From: Botryllus schlosseri
Lineage: Eukaryota
Reading direction: 5' to 3'
Length of the DNA: 64,000 nucleotides
NCBI GenBank assembly: GCA_051294905.1
Contig: CM119386.1
Location: forward strand, 2,728,001 to 2,792,000
The notes under the pieces were generated by a model that ran no database searches, had not been told where the DNA came from, and was given only the letters and a program-made list of their open reading frames with translations. Numbering within the stretch: the stretch's first letter is position 1; each line of letters begins with the position of its first letter. Of the stretch, positions 48,090-61,700 are shown piece by piece. The position numbers and the translations under genes are program-made.

Positions 48090-49651
48090 AGTCCATCCTC
48101 AAGATTACCGGACCACGACTGACCTATCGATCTCACTTCCCATGACATGCCGCCCTATTTCTTGTCACTTTCTTTTTCTATACTATCTTCTTTACTTTCA
48201 TTCAGTGTGCATGCCGCCTCTTTACATCGCCTAGGCCAAGGTGGGTGTCCGATTCCATAGACAACTCCTAGTCGCTTCGACATCTTCCCTTCTCTCCATT
48301 GTATCGCATTTTTTGTGGTGTATTGAACTGATAAAATTGCTAATAAACCAATGATGATGATGAAGCACAAGTCACAAATATGCATTGTTCCGAGCACCGT
48401 AGGAGTGATTCCATTGAGCTTTTCGCCAAAGCAACGTAGATATATCTAAGGGGGGCCAACCTTTTCGGCCCACGGGCCATATTAGATTCACGAACCATTG
48501 CGCGGGCCACTTGAATATCGGAATTGCAGTGCGCTATCCAGAATATAAATATATTTTCGTAATGCGAACGACAGTAGCTAACCGTAGGTTAGTTGTCTAT
48601 ACAGTAGACCACTATCGATCGCCCACTAGTGACAATCTTTTTTGTGGTAGTCATTACTTGACGTGGGAGAGGCTCAATGCAGTTTATTACGAATTTCAGT
48701 AGATTAGATATCCCTGGATCAAACAGCTCAGGAGTGCGATACAATGTAAATATATAAATGAGTTTAAACCTCTTAGTGTCACTGAAAGTCCCCCTGGCCT
48801 ATAAGTATCGTAAAAAGGAAGAACGGTTTATAAAAAAAAAGTATGAATGGTTGTTTAAAACACTTTCTTTAAAACATGTTTTAAACAGTGTTTTAAACAA
48901 ATGCCTCTTTGAAAAAATCGTGTTTTTTAGGTTGTATAATTATACCATAATTGTGTAAACACTTTCCAAAAATACATGTAGTATGAGCCTACGGACGGTT
49001 TATACCCAATATAGCCGACGTATACTATATGGAACGGTTGGTATCCTCAAAATAGTCGGCTCAACAGCTGTAGTACGTAGATATAGATAATTGGTACGGA
49101 ATTAATGTCCTGATGGAGATGACCGCCGACCGCAAAAATGCTGCATTACGATGTAGTCCTGGTAAAGAAGATTTTTGATCCGTATATGACAGGGGCTATA
49201 TTTAGTATTTACCCATGTTTTCAATTGACTATGTCAATCGACTATGGCGTCACAATTGAATATTCGTGACGCCGTGGCTTAAAATAGAAAAAAAAACTAT
49301 AAAACAACATGTTTTAAACAATAGGGCGGCGTCACCGTAGTTCCATTCCAGAAAATATCCAAAAATCCAGCAACTTTTAACAGTAGAAGCACGAGCTTTG
49401 ATGAAAAAATTCCGTCTCAAGTAATACACCAATTTGGAAGATGACAAATTCCTATGGTTTGATGTATACTTTTATATCCGGGTGACATAATATCCTAGCC
49501 ATTCACGCCTTCGGGCTGTTGCTGGAATCGGCAGTTTGATTGGAGGCGCAGATGGTATAATTTATTTTGGTTCACAGGTTTTCTTGAAACCTACATATAT
49601 CCTTAATACTCGCCATATATAGGCTATTAGATTAGTCAACATACAGGCGAT

Positions 49652-49718
49652 ATGTTGTCATTAAACTCTTCAATACATCTTGCAATTGTGTTTTGCATCA
49701 TTGGAAGCGCGTCCTGCC
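49652..49718 (+). CDS. TSR gene exon 1, signal peptide
   Basis: MLSLNSSIHLAIVFCIIGSASC+C|gtaagt; hydrophobic core, A-S-C cleavage pattern, phase 1. Confidence 0.8.
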
Positions 49719-52700
49719 GTAAGTGTGATTTATTGTGTAATATCTAATTTAAATTTATGATGAATAAGCAGTCATATTTGTTCGAGGTGTATTTTTGTTT
49801 TACGCTTTGCACCGGTGACAGTAGGAAAAAATTTCGGCAGAGAAATATCAACCATGGAGTGTGTGGACGAAGTGTTCGGTAACTTGTGGAGTAGGCACAA
49901 TGCAGAGGCAAAGGCGTTGCGCAGACGGGTCGTGCATTGAACGGCAAACGAAGGGGTGTTTACCGAAAGATTGTGAAGGTAGGTAAGTTATTATCACCTG
50001 TTGCGCCTATGCGAACATTAACGTAACAGTTAATGTAGATCAAACGTCCGCATTATTGAAATAATCGTGTGTATCACAATGACGTTTATGATATATATTT
50101 GAAATTAAAGAATATCGTGCACCTATCGTCATTATCGATGACTAATTTAAACAATAAACATATACCATGAGAAAGGAAAACACTCAATTGTTGCCGTCGA
50201 CTTAAGGTAGAGCCTCAAAGTAAAACCCAATCTCACTAGGCTTTGCCTTACATATACCACAAATGCGAATTACCAAACTTAACGACGTATATGATCCATG
50301 AGCGAATGTAATCTACAAAAGAAAGCTGATGTGATATTGGATTCGAGAAGAGATTGGTAATGTATAAATAAAAACGCGATTGAACGGACAACAAATTTGA
50401 ATTTAATATTCACAGAAACCTTTTGTCGTATAGAACTTCAGAATTACACGTAAAAATAACTTCGTATTGTTAATTTATTATCTAAAAGCCTTTCTTTCTA
50501 CTGACTCTGATATAATAGCGAAGGCCGGTGGTACGATGAATCAATATCGAAATTTTAAGTCTGGACGACGTGATAATAGTGACAACAGACAACTATAGTA
50601 GACATCAGACATAGGGCGATTGCCGTATCAATGTAATCGATTTCGATTACGACTACTTCTGAAATGCGTGATTCCGATTACAAGCAAACGTAATCACGAT
50701 TATTCACGATTACAATAATTTTGCTGCCTTCAACTGAAGTTTCGAACACGAGACAGCATCGTGAGTGAACTTGAACAGTATTTTTTTTTTAATTCTGACA
50801 TGATTTGCTTGCTACGTCACTCTAGTCTATATCCATCGTACAACTTATATAATCGTACCCGCCTATTTTTGTCTTTGATAACGGCCCAGGAAATCCGGGG
50901 ATTCCCGGGAGCTTCGGTTAAGAACCATTGGTTTTGCGCATTCAGGATGAGGCAAAAGTTGTCCAATAGCAGAATTGCAGACATTACCTTTATCATAATC
51001 ATATAGTGTATCGCGTATTCCGGTGATTAAGTTTGGGAAGCATCAGACTCTGTTTGTAATCGTACTATATATTGAGGTCGTGTTTATTCTGTACAATATG
51101 TAGCCTACAACTGCACAGTGACCTGTACAATCCTTAGGCGACGCTGAAGGAAGCCAGTTCAAGGAGTGGGAGAGCTGGTCTTCGTGCAGCAAATCATGTG
51201 GCGACGGCGTTCAAGAACGACAGCGAAAGTGTACCAATGACAGATGCCTGGAAAAACAAACAAAAAGCTGCAGAATACGAACGTGCCCAGAAGGTATTAG
51301 CTCGAAATCGGAATATTTGAGATGAGTTTAATTAACTCGAATCACGTCGAAAATGTGCATGCCTTGACTCGTGAATTAACTAGAAAAATGTTAATAGACT
51401 TGACTTGACCTGACCTGAGTCAAATTTGAATTTTCCTGAAGTTAGTCGAAGGTTTGACCTAGTATACAGACTGGACAGTCGAGGTCTATACTTTCGGAAG
51501 TTGAAATTACTCGTTCGTTACGATAACGCAAGCAAGACGTAAATGCGTGGCAACTGAGCCTCATTATGTCGTATGCCTACCTCAGCCTGCTGCAAATCAC
51601 CATGAAATTGCCAATTATCACAAAAATAGTAAACGTTCAACAAAGCACAGAGTGATGCACGTGCGCGTGTAAAACAATGACATATTTCTTGGTTATTCGA
51701 GTCTGGGGACGTTGAGGCTGTTAATATTGACATGATACTGCAACACAATCGTATATCAATATTCTAGCTACGAATAGACGCATTCATACGGCTACACCAT
51801 TTCATTCCAGACATCGAGGGCTGGACAGAGTGGTCGAGATGCAGTGCTACTTGCGGTCAGGGAATTGCAAGAAGACAAAGACGGTGCGCCGTCGGAAGTT
51901 GCATTCAACGGCAGACTAAAACGTGTTCCTCAAAGACCTGCCCTGGCGGAAGTAAGCTCTTCACGTCAATAATTGTACTTTATCCTTTTACGCTAGTCCT
52001 CGTCATCTTTTACCACAAAGGTGGCGGAGATACATTCACAGCTTGGGAAACTTGGTCCGGCTGCAGCAAAACATGTGGCGAAGGAGAAAGGCGAAGAAGT
52101 AGACGCTGCAGGATCGGAACATGCAAGGAAAATGCAGTTCAGACATGCTCTGTTAAGCCATGCGATGGTGAAGGTAATATAACGCAAGTTGTCATAATGA
52201 AGGCGCATCTGGGTGCTATTCTCTTTCACCGCTCTTATGATCACGAATACTATTCCTGTACGAGTACGCGCATTGCAGATGATTATTAGGCTTGTATCTT
52301 AGGCTATCTCAGCAGGTTTTGAGCCACACACTTAGCGAAAAACGTGTGTAGTGTATTCACTCACACCCGCGTGTCACCCGTGATACGAGTGTGAATACAT
52401 ACACCAGTGGTATGCGAAACCACATACAACCTCAACTTACACTGCTGTATAAATCAATGTCACAATATTTTAATCCAAATGATGCTTACACGTAGGGACG
52501 TAGGAAGGTATGCCGAGGCACGTAGGATTTATAACTGCGATATAATTCCAAGTTAGGTTTTGTTTTCGTGTTACAATTGTTGCGTCTGAATACACACTAA
52601 GAAACGCATCGATTTTTAATACAGTACAATATAATACAGTAACCAACAGTGCCTGCAAGGATTGCGTGTTCACTAATTCTGTTTTCAAGCTAACCTAACC

Positions 52701-55700
52701 TATACCTAACCCACGTCTGGTACCAGCAGACCCTGATATGTAGCTATATTTTCCGTATCGCAAAATCGTCAACCGATTACTGCGGGGCGTATCGACAAAT
52801 TCCCTTGTCCGACTTCAATCCTGTTTCTTCAAAATGGAAGCCGGCTCCGATCCAGCTCTTGCCGTATAACAAAATCTATCAATCCGGCCCTGATCCGGTT
52901 CATACCAAAAGTAAAAATAATCCAGCGGGTGTCCACTGTCCAGTGTCCAGTCCATGGATTATCATCCCTGCCCCGTGCTAGAACAATCGGCCGTGAACAC
53001 CCCGCTACTTCGCAACTCCGTTATGTGATTGATACAATAAACCAAGAGACTATCAGTCCGAATAAACACACAAACGAAACAAAGTCGTACAAATTATTTA
53101 GGCCGTTTAGGGCCTCAAATTTCATTTTAGGGCTATTGCCATTTCGAGTGCAGGTCTAACGCTCGGGAGTATCCATATCTAAATAAACTAAAATCTTGCG
53201 AAGTGATTATGCAAGTGTTTAGGCAAAGTGATATTTCTGAATCATCCTGAATTTTCAACCGCGAACATTATGGAATTTCCCATCAAGAACGAGGGTATTA
53301 TTTCGAATTTGAAACCCTTTGCCAGTATAGTATGGTAGAGCAGATTGCATGGCTGAATGCTGCAGCAAACTATCAAAATAAATTTAGTGTAATGGATCGG
53401 GGAAAAGAGCTCGGTTGATCTTCGTGCAATTTCGGATTTACAAGCAATTGCGTGTTTGGGTTTCCTGAAAATTATATCTTCAACCCAATAGGCGTCTCGC
53501 GTTACCAAATTACATATGAATACTTTCATCTTCAACTAAAAATATAACTAGCGCCTGGATGCATATCATTTAGCGACTCCATTGTTGAATTGAATGAACT
53601 ACAGCATCGTCAAGCGGGTCATATCTAGGGCACGCGTATTTTTTATAAATGCCTATTGTTGCATTATCGTTATTGAGATCAGCGTTCCAATATTTACTCT
53701 CAAATTGTTATCGCACTAGGTTTAACAAGTTCAACTATGCTCGACAAAAACAGATTTGTCGAGTAGACTGGACATATGTTCGACTTTGTTCGTGAATTGT
53801 TTGCCACAAACATCGTGTCGACCAGCATTAAAACTTTAGTCAATTTCCAGTCCCTCGACGAAAGTCACATATTATTCTTATATGCAACTCTTCATTGTCC
53901 AGACGGTAACCATTCTTGTATAGTTTTGCCAGGTATTGTTCTCGGTGAATGGCAGGCGTGGCAGAAGTGCAGCGTGACGTGCGGAACAGGCACTCGTAGA
54001 AGAATCCGAAATTGCGTCGTCGGCGTCTGCGAGCAGACCCAAACCTCTAGCTGCAGGCCAGAGGTTTGCCCGGGAGGTAAAATTCACTTCAAGTAAACAA
54101 ATTGCGTAACGGATATTCAATCTTTATGCGTCATTGATGCTAAAAATATCGCCTGGGTTTGGAGGTTGATGGTATAAGTTACGAATAATGATATTGCGAA
54201 TTCAAACGTTGTGCTTGATCCAAGCGAACAATGTCATCTGCACACTCAATGTTCGGCGTCGTAGCATTGAAGGAAACGACGACAAAATTGAATTGGTAGG
54301 GGCAAAATGTGACGAATGACAATCTTGCAGAAACATCAGATACATTCCTTCCTTGAACATTCTCACATTTATTCAAGTATAAATACATATAGCAACCGAT
54401 TCGTGTTGGTCTTAGTTAAATGGTATTTATTGATTGTCCTACATAAGCCTACACGTAGAATAAGGATATTTACATTAGAATTAGAAGTAATATTAATATT
54501 CCAGCGATTGCATTCGGTAACATGCATTATGCCAGTAGTATAGCTACTATACTCTTTTCACTAAGAATGCGCGCATCATCGTTGATTCTACAATCTATTC
54601 TACCAAATTCTAGTTTAAAGTAATTGATTTATATTTCCAACCATAGACTCGTCGAGTCAGAATAAGGAATACGAAGAGTGGGGACCTTGGGAACCATGCA
54701 GCGTAACTTGCGGAGTTGGCCTGGAGCGAAGAGTGCGGCAGTGTGTAGTAGGGTTGTGCCAAGAAGTAATGAGAAAGACCTGTCTTAAACCATCTTGCCC
54801 AGGAACAAGTAATTATTGCATATATGATTATTCTCACTGTATCCGTAGTCCAAGGTCTACAGTTATGTCACTGATCTATATAAACGGCGTGACATAATTA
54901 TAACAGATAATAGAGACAAACAGTAATCGCTCTTATTGTGACATTATTTCCATTGCGAGGAAATAAATTTATCAATTCAGTTTTTCGCCGCTTGGCTTTA
55001 AGCCTATGACGCCCAAGCTTATATCTAAAACCCATCGTGGTAACATAGCGTCAGGATATGTTGTCGGAAATGACAATAATACCAACAGATTGCTTTTTCG
55101 TTTTTGTGTCGCCACTCATACGCCTGCATAGAACGTACCGATTCAAACTACACTATCACTTTCATTCTGCGTTCATTTACGTCGTCGTACTGACCACTAA
55201 TCACAACTAATCTCGTTGAAACAACCTGCATTATAGGATTATAATGTATCGAGCTTGTAATTCCAAAGAATTTCAAGTGTCCCGCGGTGTTTCGTAATTC
55301 CAGACTTTATTATCTAAGTATACAGACGGATGTCGTATGGATCTAACTCCAGGCTTCATCTGCAGATATTTTGGACGAGTCTCGTTGAGTGCGGAAACTC
55401 TCACCTGTTCCCACACGATCACCACAATTTGATTTGTAATTATCTGTATAAATTACCGATAATTTACAGTTGCTCGCTAAGGAATATGCACAATGCTTAT
55501 GTAATATACTTGCGCAAATAGTTTAGTATTGGCTATTTTTCTTTTCTACCTCATAAAATTAGTAAAATGGAAATCTGTTTGTGGATAGATTCGGGTAGGC
55601 GATTTCACTGATATCGTCTAAGCATTAGTGAAGTTTTAGAGTAAGGTAACGACTCGAATCTGCAATCTCATCATTCGTTAGCAGCAGTATATATGCGAAT

Positions 55701-58700
55701 GTGAATGTCAATCTTAGTATTCTTTCGATTGGATTTCACGAAAGAGCCTTGTGAGTTGTGGACAGGCCAGTCACTGTGTATATAGCTCTTGAAAATTACA
55801 TTAAAACTCGGAATCACAACCTCGCGTCATCTCGACATTATAAAAAAGACGTCACCATAAGATTAAAGCTTTTTTTGACAAGCACCTGTCCCCCATTTAC
55901 ACAAACGCTCGAAGCACACCAAAGTTTAATGTAGCATTCAACTCAACATACGATCTGTGTTAAATTTCTTTCGCCATTCTTAGCATACGTTCGGTGTGCT
56001 GAGGATCCCTGCTGCGTGTTAGATATATGTATGAATTGCAGTACACTCGCAAGCTCTGCTATACTCTCACTCTCACTCAGACTTTCGATCAATTCCACCT
56101 GAAATTTTGTTCAGCGCGAGAAGACAATTTTCTTCCGTGGACCGCTTGGGGAGAGTGCAGCGAGTCATGCGGGGGTGGAGAAAGGCGCAGATCAAGAGGA
56201 TGCAAGGCGCCAGCGAAATGCGTGGAAAATCAGGCCCAAACCTGCAATGTTCAGCGCTGTACGACTTCGAGTAAGCTTTGATTCATGTGATCAAATGTTT
56301 TTCGACATGTACCTGACATATAATTCGGGACTGCCATGCAAATCCACGAAGCCCTGTTTGTGAAAGTCAGCGTTGCAATTGCAACGGACATTGGTTTGGA
56401 AAAGCAGTCTCTTCGCATAATTGATTAGGCGCTTAAAATTGATGCAGTCTGATGATCAGTAACACATTCATCTATGAAAGACTTTTCTCATTATGAAGCA
56501 ATTGCAATTCGACAGGTAGAACGGAGTCGCGATAAACCAATGGATTCATTGATAACATAGATAGCCAGAAAATTATGAGCACCACTAACCAATAATTATG
56601 TACTGCTATTTCGATATTAGCATGCATATATTTCCCTTGCCAACGGAAAATCGTACTTTAAGTATCACATAGACAGCGACCATCACGGAGTACGTGAAGA
56701 GACCACAAAACTTGAAAATACATACACCAAGTTCATGTCAATATCGGGAGAGATACCACAAAAAGTGTGGTAAATGATAATTCCAGCCATCGGCAATTAG
56801 CGCTCTCGAATTAAATTACCGCGAAGCGCCAATATTAGTTTGTGAGGGCGCTTTGAACTCATGTGAACTCTTGTAATTCGAGACGCAGCACGACTCGCAA
56901 TCAACGAGTTCGTTTGTGATTTGGCCGTGTCGGCACTCGGCAACCTCAGATCTGGACGACAGTACCGGTGTAAACCTGTGTCTTGTCCTTTTTAAGTTGA
57001 ATGGAAATGCAGATGGTCCAACTACTCCAACATGACATTCTAACAATGGAATACAAGTCACAACGAGTGATGCGACTACCAAATTCAACATTCAGCTACT
57101 GTTCTGCATCTAATTGCTTATTCGCAAGGCGACCTCGCGATACTCTCGCCAAGATAAACGGTGGATATCAAATATCCCGATTCAACAATACATAACTCAA
57201 GCACCAGTCACATTCACAATTTTGGTCGCAAGATTTTACCAATATATGTTTTTTCATATGGGTCGCCGGGAAAACGGGCTGACCTTGACAGCCACTGAAT
57301 TAGGACAGTATACGTCTGTTGTGGTCACCGAAGCTCTTCTCATTTTTTAATGAGGTCAGACCACCTTGCTTTCTGTCTGAACAGCCTGAGTTGGGATATC
57401 AATGCGTTGACATTTTGGAATACTTTCCTGAATGTTTACGTGGGGTTGTTATTTGTGATATATACATGGTGACGTTTGACCACAATGGTAATTTACACCA
57501 GACATAGCCTATATTCTTTATTATGCTCCCGTAGCGGCTGACTTGTACGACCAGCTTTTTAAGACACCGTTTACGCGGACCAGATGGCGAGAAGAAGCCT
57601 AGATAAACCTCCAACATTTACGTTTTCGTATTGATTCCAAAGATTTGCATGGATGAATTTCATCCGCGACCCGCCTTGTAGATCTGTATGAAATTACTGT
57701 ACAGTACAGTCATAACATATTACATCGTTTCAGCTGAAAATCGATACAGTCAATGGTCTGCGTGGTCGAAATGCAGCGCTTCGTGTGGATCCGGGGAGTC
57801 TAAACGGACGAGAACCAGCGTTGCAAATGGTCCTACTCAACAGCAATTGAAAGGATGCGTTTTGAAGCCATGCGACAGAGGTATAGCGAGAAGTCTATTT
57901 CAGATTATCTTGGGCGATAACATATTTTTGTCTGAAGACTGAGCGATAGTGGACAATGCAAGTATTGATAACAACCAAGCTATCGCAGATCGTCATGAGG
58001 ATTAAATTATAATTAAACATAAAATTTCCCGCCAATGCGCGAGCAATTCAATGAAACTTGACATCATACAATATTGTTTTCTGTGTTTATTTATTTTGCC
58101 ATCACAATGAATCTGACCCGATTAATTTACAGACAATGTTACGAGCACAACGATTACAGTTGCATTTTTCGCTAACGTATGTAGAAGGCACAAAATTATG
58201 CAGGCATTACCGATACTGCTTCCAAGTCAATACTCAATACCGCACACGTATACCGAGCTGCATACGATACTCCTGTGTTCATTTATAAATAGCTAACCTC
58301 CGTAGGTCAGTTATCTATACATTCTATAGCTTAACTTACGAGAGCGGCATAACAACTCGCTTTGAGCAATTCGTGGAGCAATCTTTTAGACCAGTGGTCC
58401 GTGGCAAGTTTCCTGCCGTCCCGCCAAATATAGCAGACTTTTATATCGCAATTCCAAAATACAAGAAGTTGGAGACTTGTCGATCAATTAGAGAATCGAA
58501 ACATCAAATTTTAATTGATTTCGAAATTTGAGATATATTTCTCCGCATGGTGTCGTAATATATAGAGTTCATGCTCTGCTACGGACTTGGTGACCGCCAC
58601 AATGCTGCAGCCTGCGGGTGTTGTATTAAACTGTTTAAAAGAAGCTTACGGCTCTTTTTGGGACATTTATAAGCTATAAGAAGACGTTTAAACAATTTAG

Positions 58701-61700
58701 CGACATTTAGCTAGCAAACAGCAGATTCCCACTTCTTTCAGTACTGATTACTGATAGGCCTGATCCCACTTCTTTCAAAGAGACAGAACAATCAAACCCA
58801 TCGTTAGTGGTTTTGAACAGCAGCAGCCTCGTAGAAACTTCGATGGAACCACACGTCTAATATCATAAGCTTTAAGAAGTCTCCAATATTTACCTTTTAT
58901 TTGAATACATTAGTCGTAATTGTAATTTGGGTGAATTTTGATAATTAAAATTTCGCCGGTCCTCGACAATTATTTTGATGTTTTACCGGTCCGCAAGGTC
59001 AGTAAGGTTAATATTCGCTGGCAGCCGAACTCAGACATATTCTGTGCATTTCTGATGCAACACCAATGCCCGCTATATCTCGACACTATACGTCATGAAC
59101 TGTTGTGTGACAATATGTCTGCTCGATACGCAATTACTCACTTCACACACTTCCTATAACCGTCGCATTGATGGCAATACCGTAATGAAATAAATTTATA
59201 TGATCAATCTTTTCGCACGGAGCGTTATAGTATAATGTAGTGAGACGGGGCGTTGGATTACGAATGAGCTGTAGACGACATGGTATGTAAAAATTTGAAG
59301 AAATGTAGCGCCCGACTTGGTTCTAACTAGCTTAACACTAGGCTTTAATAATATCACCTTAACACATCGCAATTCGACTGCTTTGCAATGCCTGATACAG
59401 AAACAGCGCGACGAAATCACATCCTTCTATTCTGATAATGTTGATATGCTGACAATAAGAACACCTGACTATGGCTGAATTGCTATTGACAGGAGACGAC
59501 AAATATTCGAACTGGCAAAGTTGGTCTGGTTGCAGTGTTACTTGTGGCACCGGAATATCCACCAGAGTCCGCCCGTGCAAGGTTGGAACGTGTCAGGACG
59601 CGCAAACAAAACCATGCACGCTTCAGGAATGCAAAACTATAAGTAAATAATACTGTTGTGGTTGTTTGTGGTATTCATGGTGTTAGTCGACTACAAGGGT
59701 CATTTACACCAGGCCGATATTCTTAATGTTTATTCCCTAGCTGCCGACTACTTGTAGCACGGCCCACTTCTAGGCTATTATAAGACACTGCCTACGCGAA
59801 TGAGATAGGGAATTTAACACGTAATCACGGTGACGCGTGGACAGGAAGAACTCGAACCGTATATGAGAGTTTCTTAAACTTTTTGCGCTCATACCCGTTG
59901 AGCTAATATGAAATGTTTTCGTACCCCCTATCCAGGATCGAAACAGCAATTTGTCAAGCCACCCCAAAGACCCCATAGGGTTTTCAACGCAACTTATTTG
60001 GATAGCAGGCTCAGGAGACATTTCAGCGACTGGAGAAATTTCTATCGAAGGTTTCGCTGATATGCTGTGATTTCAGGGTCCAAATGTAAATCGCCACCGC
60101 CGGTACACTGAAATGTCACAGGTCTTGATGTATTCAGAGATGTAAGTTACGGCCTGCGCCGATATGTGGGAGTGTGATAGTCCCGCCCCAGCAGGTTTCA
60201 CACCCCTCGAATATAGCACCCTAACGGCCTCTAAGCACCATTCTCTCGTAATTGCGAAAAAGTTATAGACTAATTTCTGCAACTTGTGTTGTATTTTTCA
60301 TTATAAGCCTACCATTATTTGGTAGTAGGGGACGACGAGCCCAAAGTTTAAGTAACAAAGCTCATGAAAGGGAATTGCGCGAAGAAAATTTTCGTGTTGA
60401 CGAAATCTGGCCTATAATATTCCGCTTTATGTAAATATGCAAAATAATATGCGTAATTAGATATCATATGATTGCACACTGCATCTCGAACCCCCTACTT
60501 TGATGGTTTGTACCCTAAACGGATCCGTGTACCTCTGTCTAAGAACCGCTGCCGTATATCTGTTTCAGATCTTGAAGACAAGTACGGTCCTTGGCAAGCA
60601 TGGAGTGCGTGCAGCAAAACATGCGGGTTTGGAATCTCGAAAAGGCAGCGATTTTGCCGAGTCGGGAATTGCAATCAAACGTCTTCAAAGACATGTCGGC
60701 TCGGGGCGTGTCCAAGTGAGTGAAGTTGCCAACACGCGCTAGTTCAAATCATTGATTCGAGATTATGAGAAAACCCTGGTTGATACATGACAGGCTCGAG
60801 CTCTATAAATGTGTTTTCCCTAGTTTTGAGGCCATACGAATGCACCTATATTTGTAACTAGCAAGGGATTGATACAGATGCCCATGACTTATCTTCGAGG
60901 AATCATTGCCATTATACCGCACTGATCTCGTGTTCACTGCTCAAACAGTTCATGAGTATCAACGCGTCACTTCATATAGGACTAGTCAGCCCCGTTGTAT
61001 GCGCTATAGGCTAAGAGTGGATGTATTTTTCAATTCTGGTCGAAAATAGTGATCAGAAATTGAATGAATGAACGCGCTTCAATATGACGAATGTTGTTTT
61101 GTGTATATCAGCGGACTACACAGAATGGGAGGATTGGGGCAGGTGCTCCGTGACATGCGGACCAGGAACTGCGACTAGGAAGAGGTTTTGTACCGTTGGG
61201 GTTTGCGAGGAAAAGCAACAAACACCTTGCGACATGCCCAAGTGTGCAGGTAAGCCTGTCGTATGAGAACGCCAATAACAAGACAAAAATAGTGAGGTTG
61301 TGTAATGTGAATATGATATAACATATATATATAAGCTCGAAATCATATTGATTGTTTAACCGTAGGCATGTAAGCCTATCCAATTACTCCCAGTAATTGT
61401 TTGATGGTATTGAAGGAACATATGAACGGCCATGTGGTATTTAACAATACCCTATAAATGACACTGAATTTGAATGAATTACGATGCTGGAATAGAGGAA
61501 TCACAGGTGTATTGCTGCATGCTGCAGGTTTAATCGTGGCATAATGCCGACATAATTACTTGTATATGCACTATGTTGTGAGAATAACATTATCACAATG
61601 CTCAGAAATGCTCATTCCTCGTGCCACTCCCATAAATGATTGTTATGAATTGCTGTGTTACCAATGATCGTCACGACTGCGTTGTCAAATTAGCCAATAC

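Noticed and set aside
49640-49651. AG 5 nt before the TSR-gene ATG (and 4 nt before the Pur ATG at 44583-44582) as trans-splice acceptors
   Set aside because: Poor pyrimidine tracts; cannot be distinguished from chance or ordinary UTR introns without 5' reads.
52690-52712. CTAACC-type repeats as interstitial telomere
   Set aside because: Only about 3 imperfect units.
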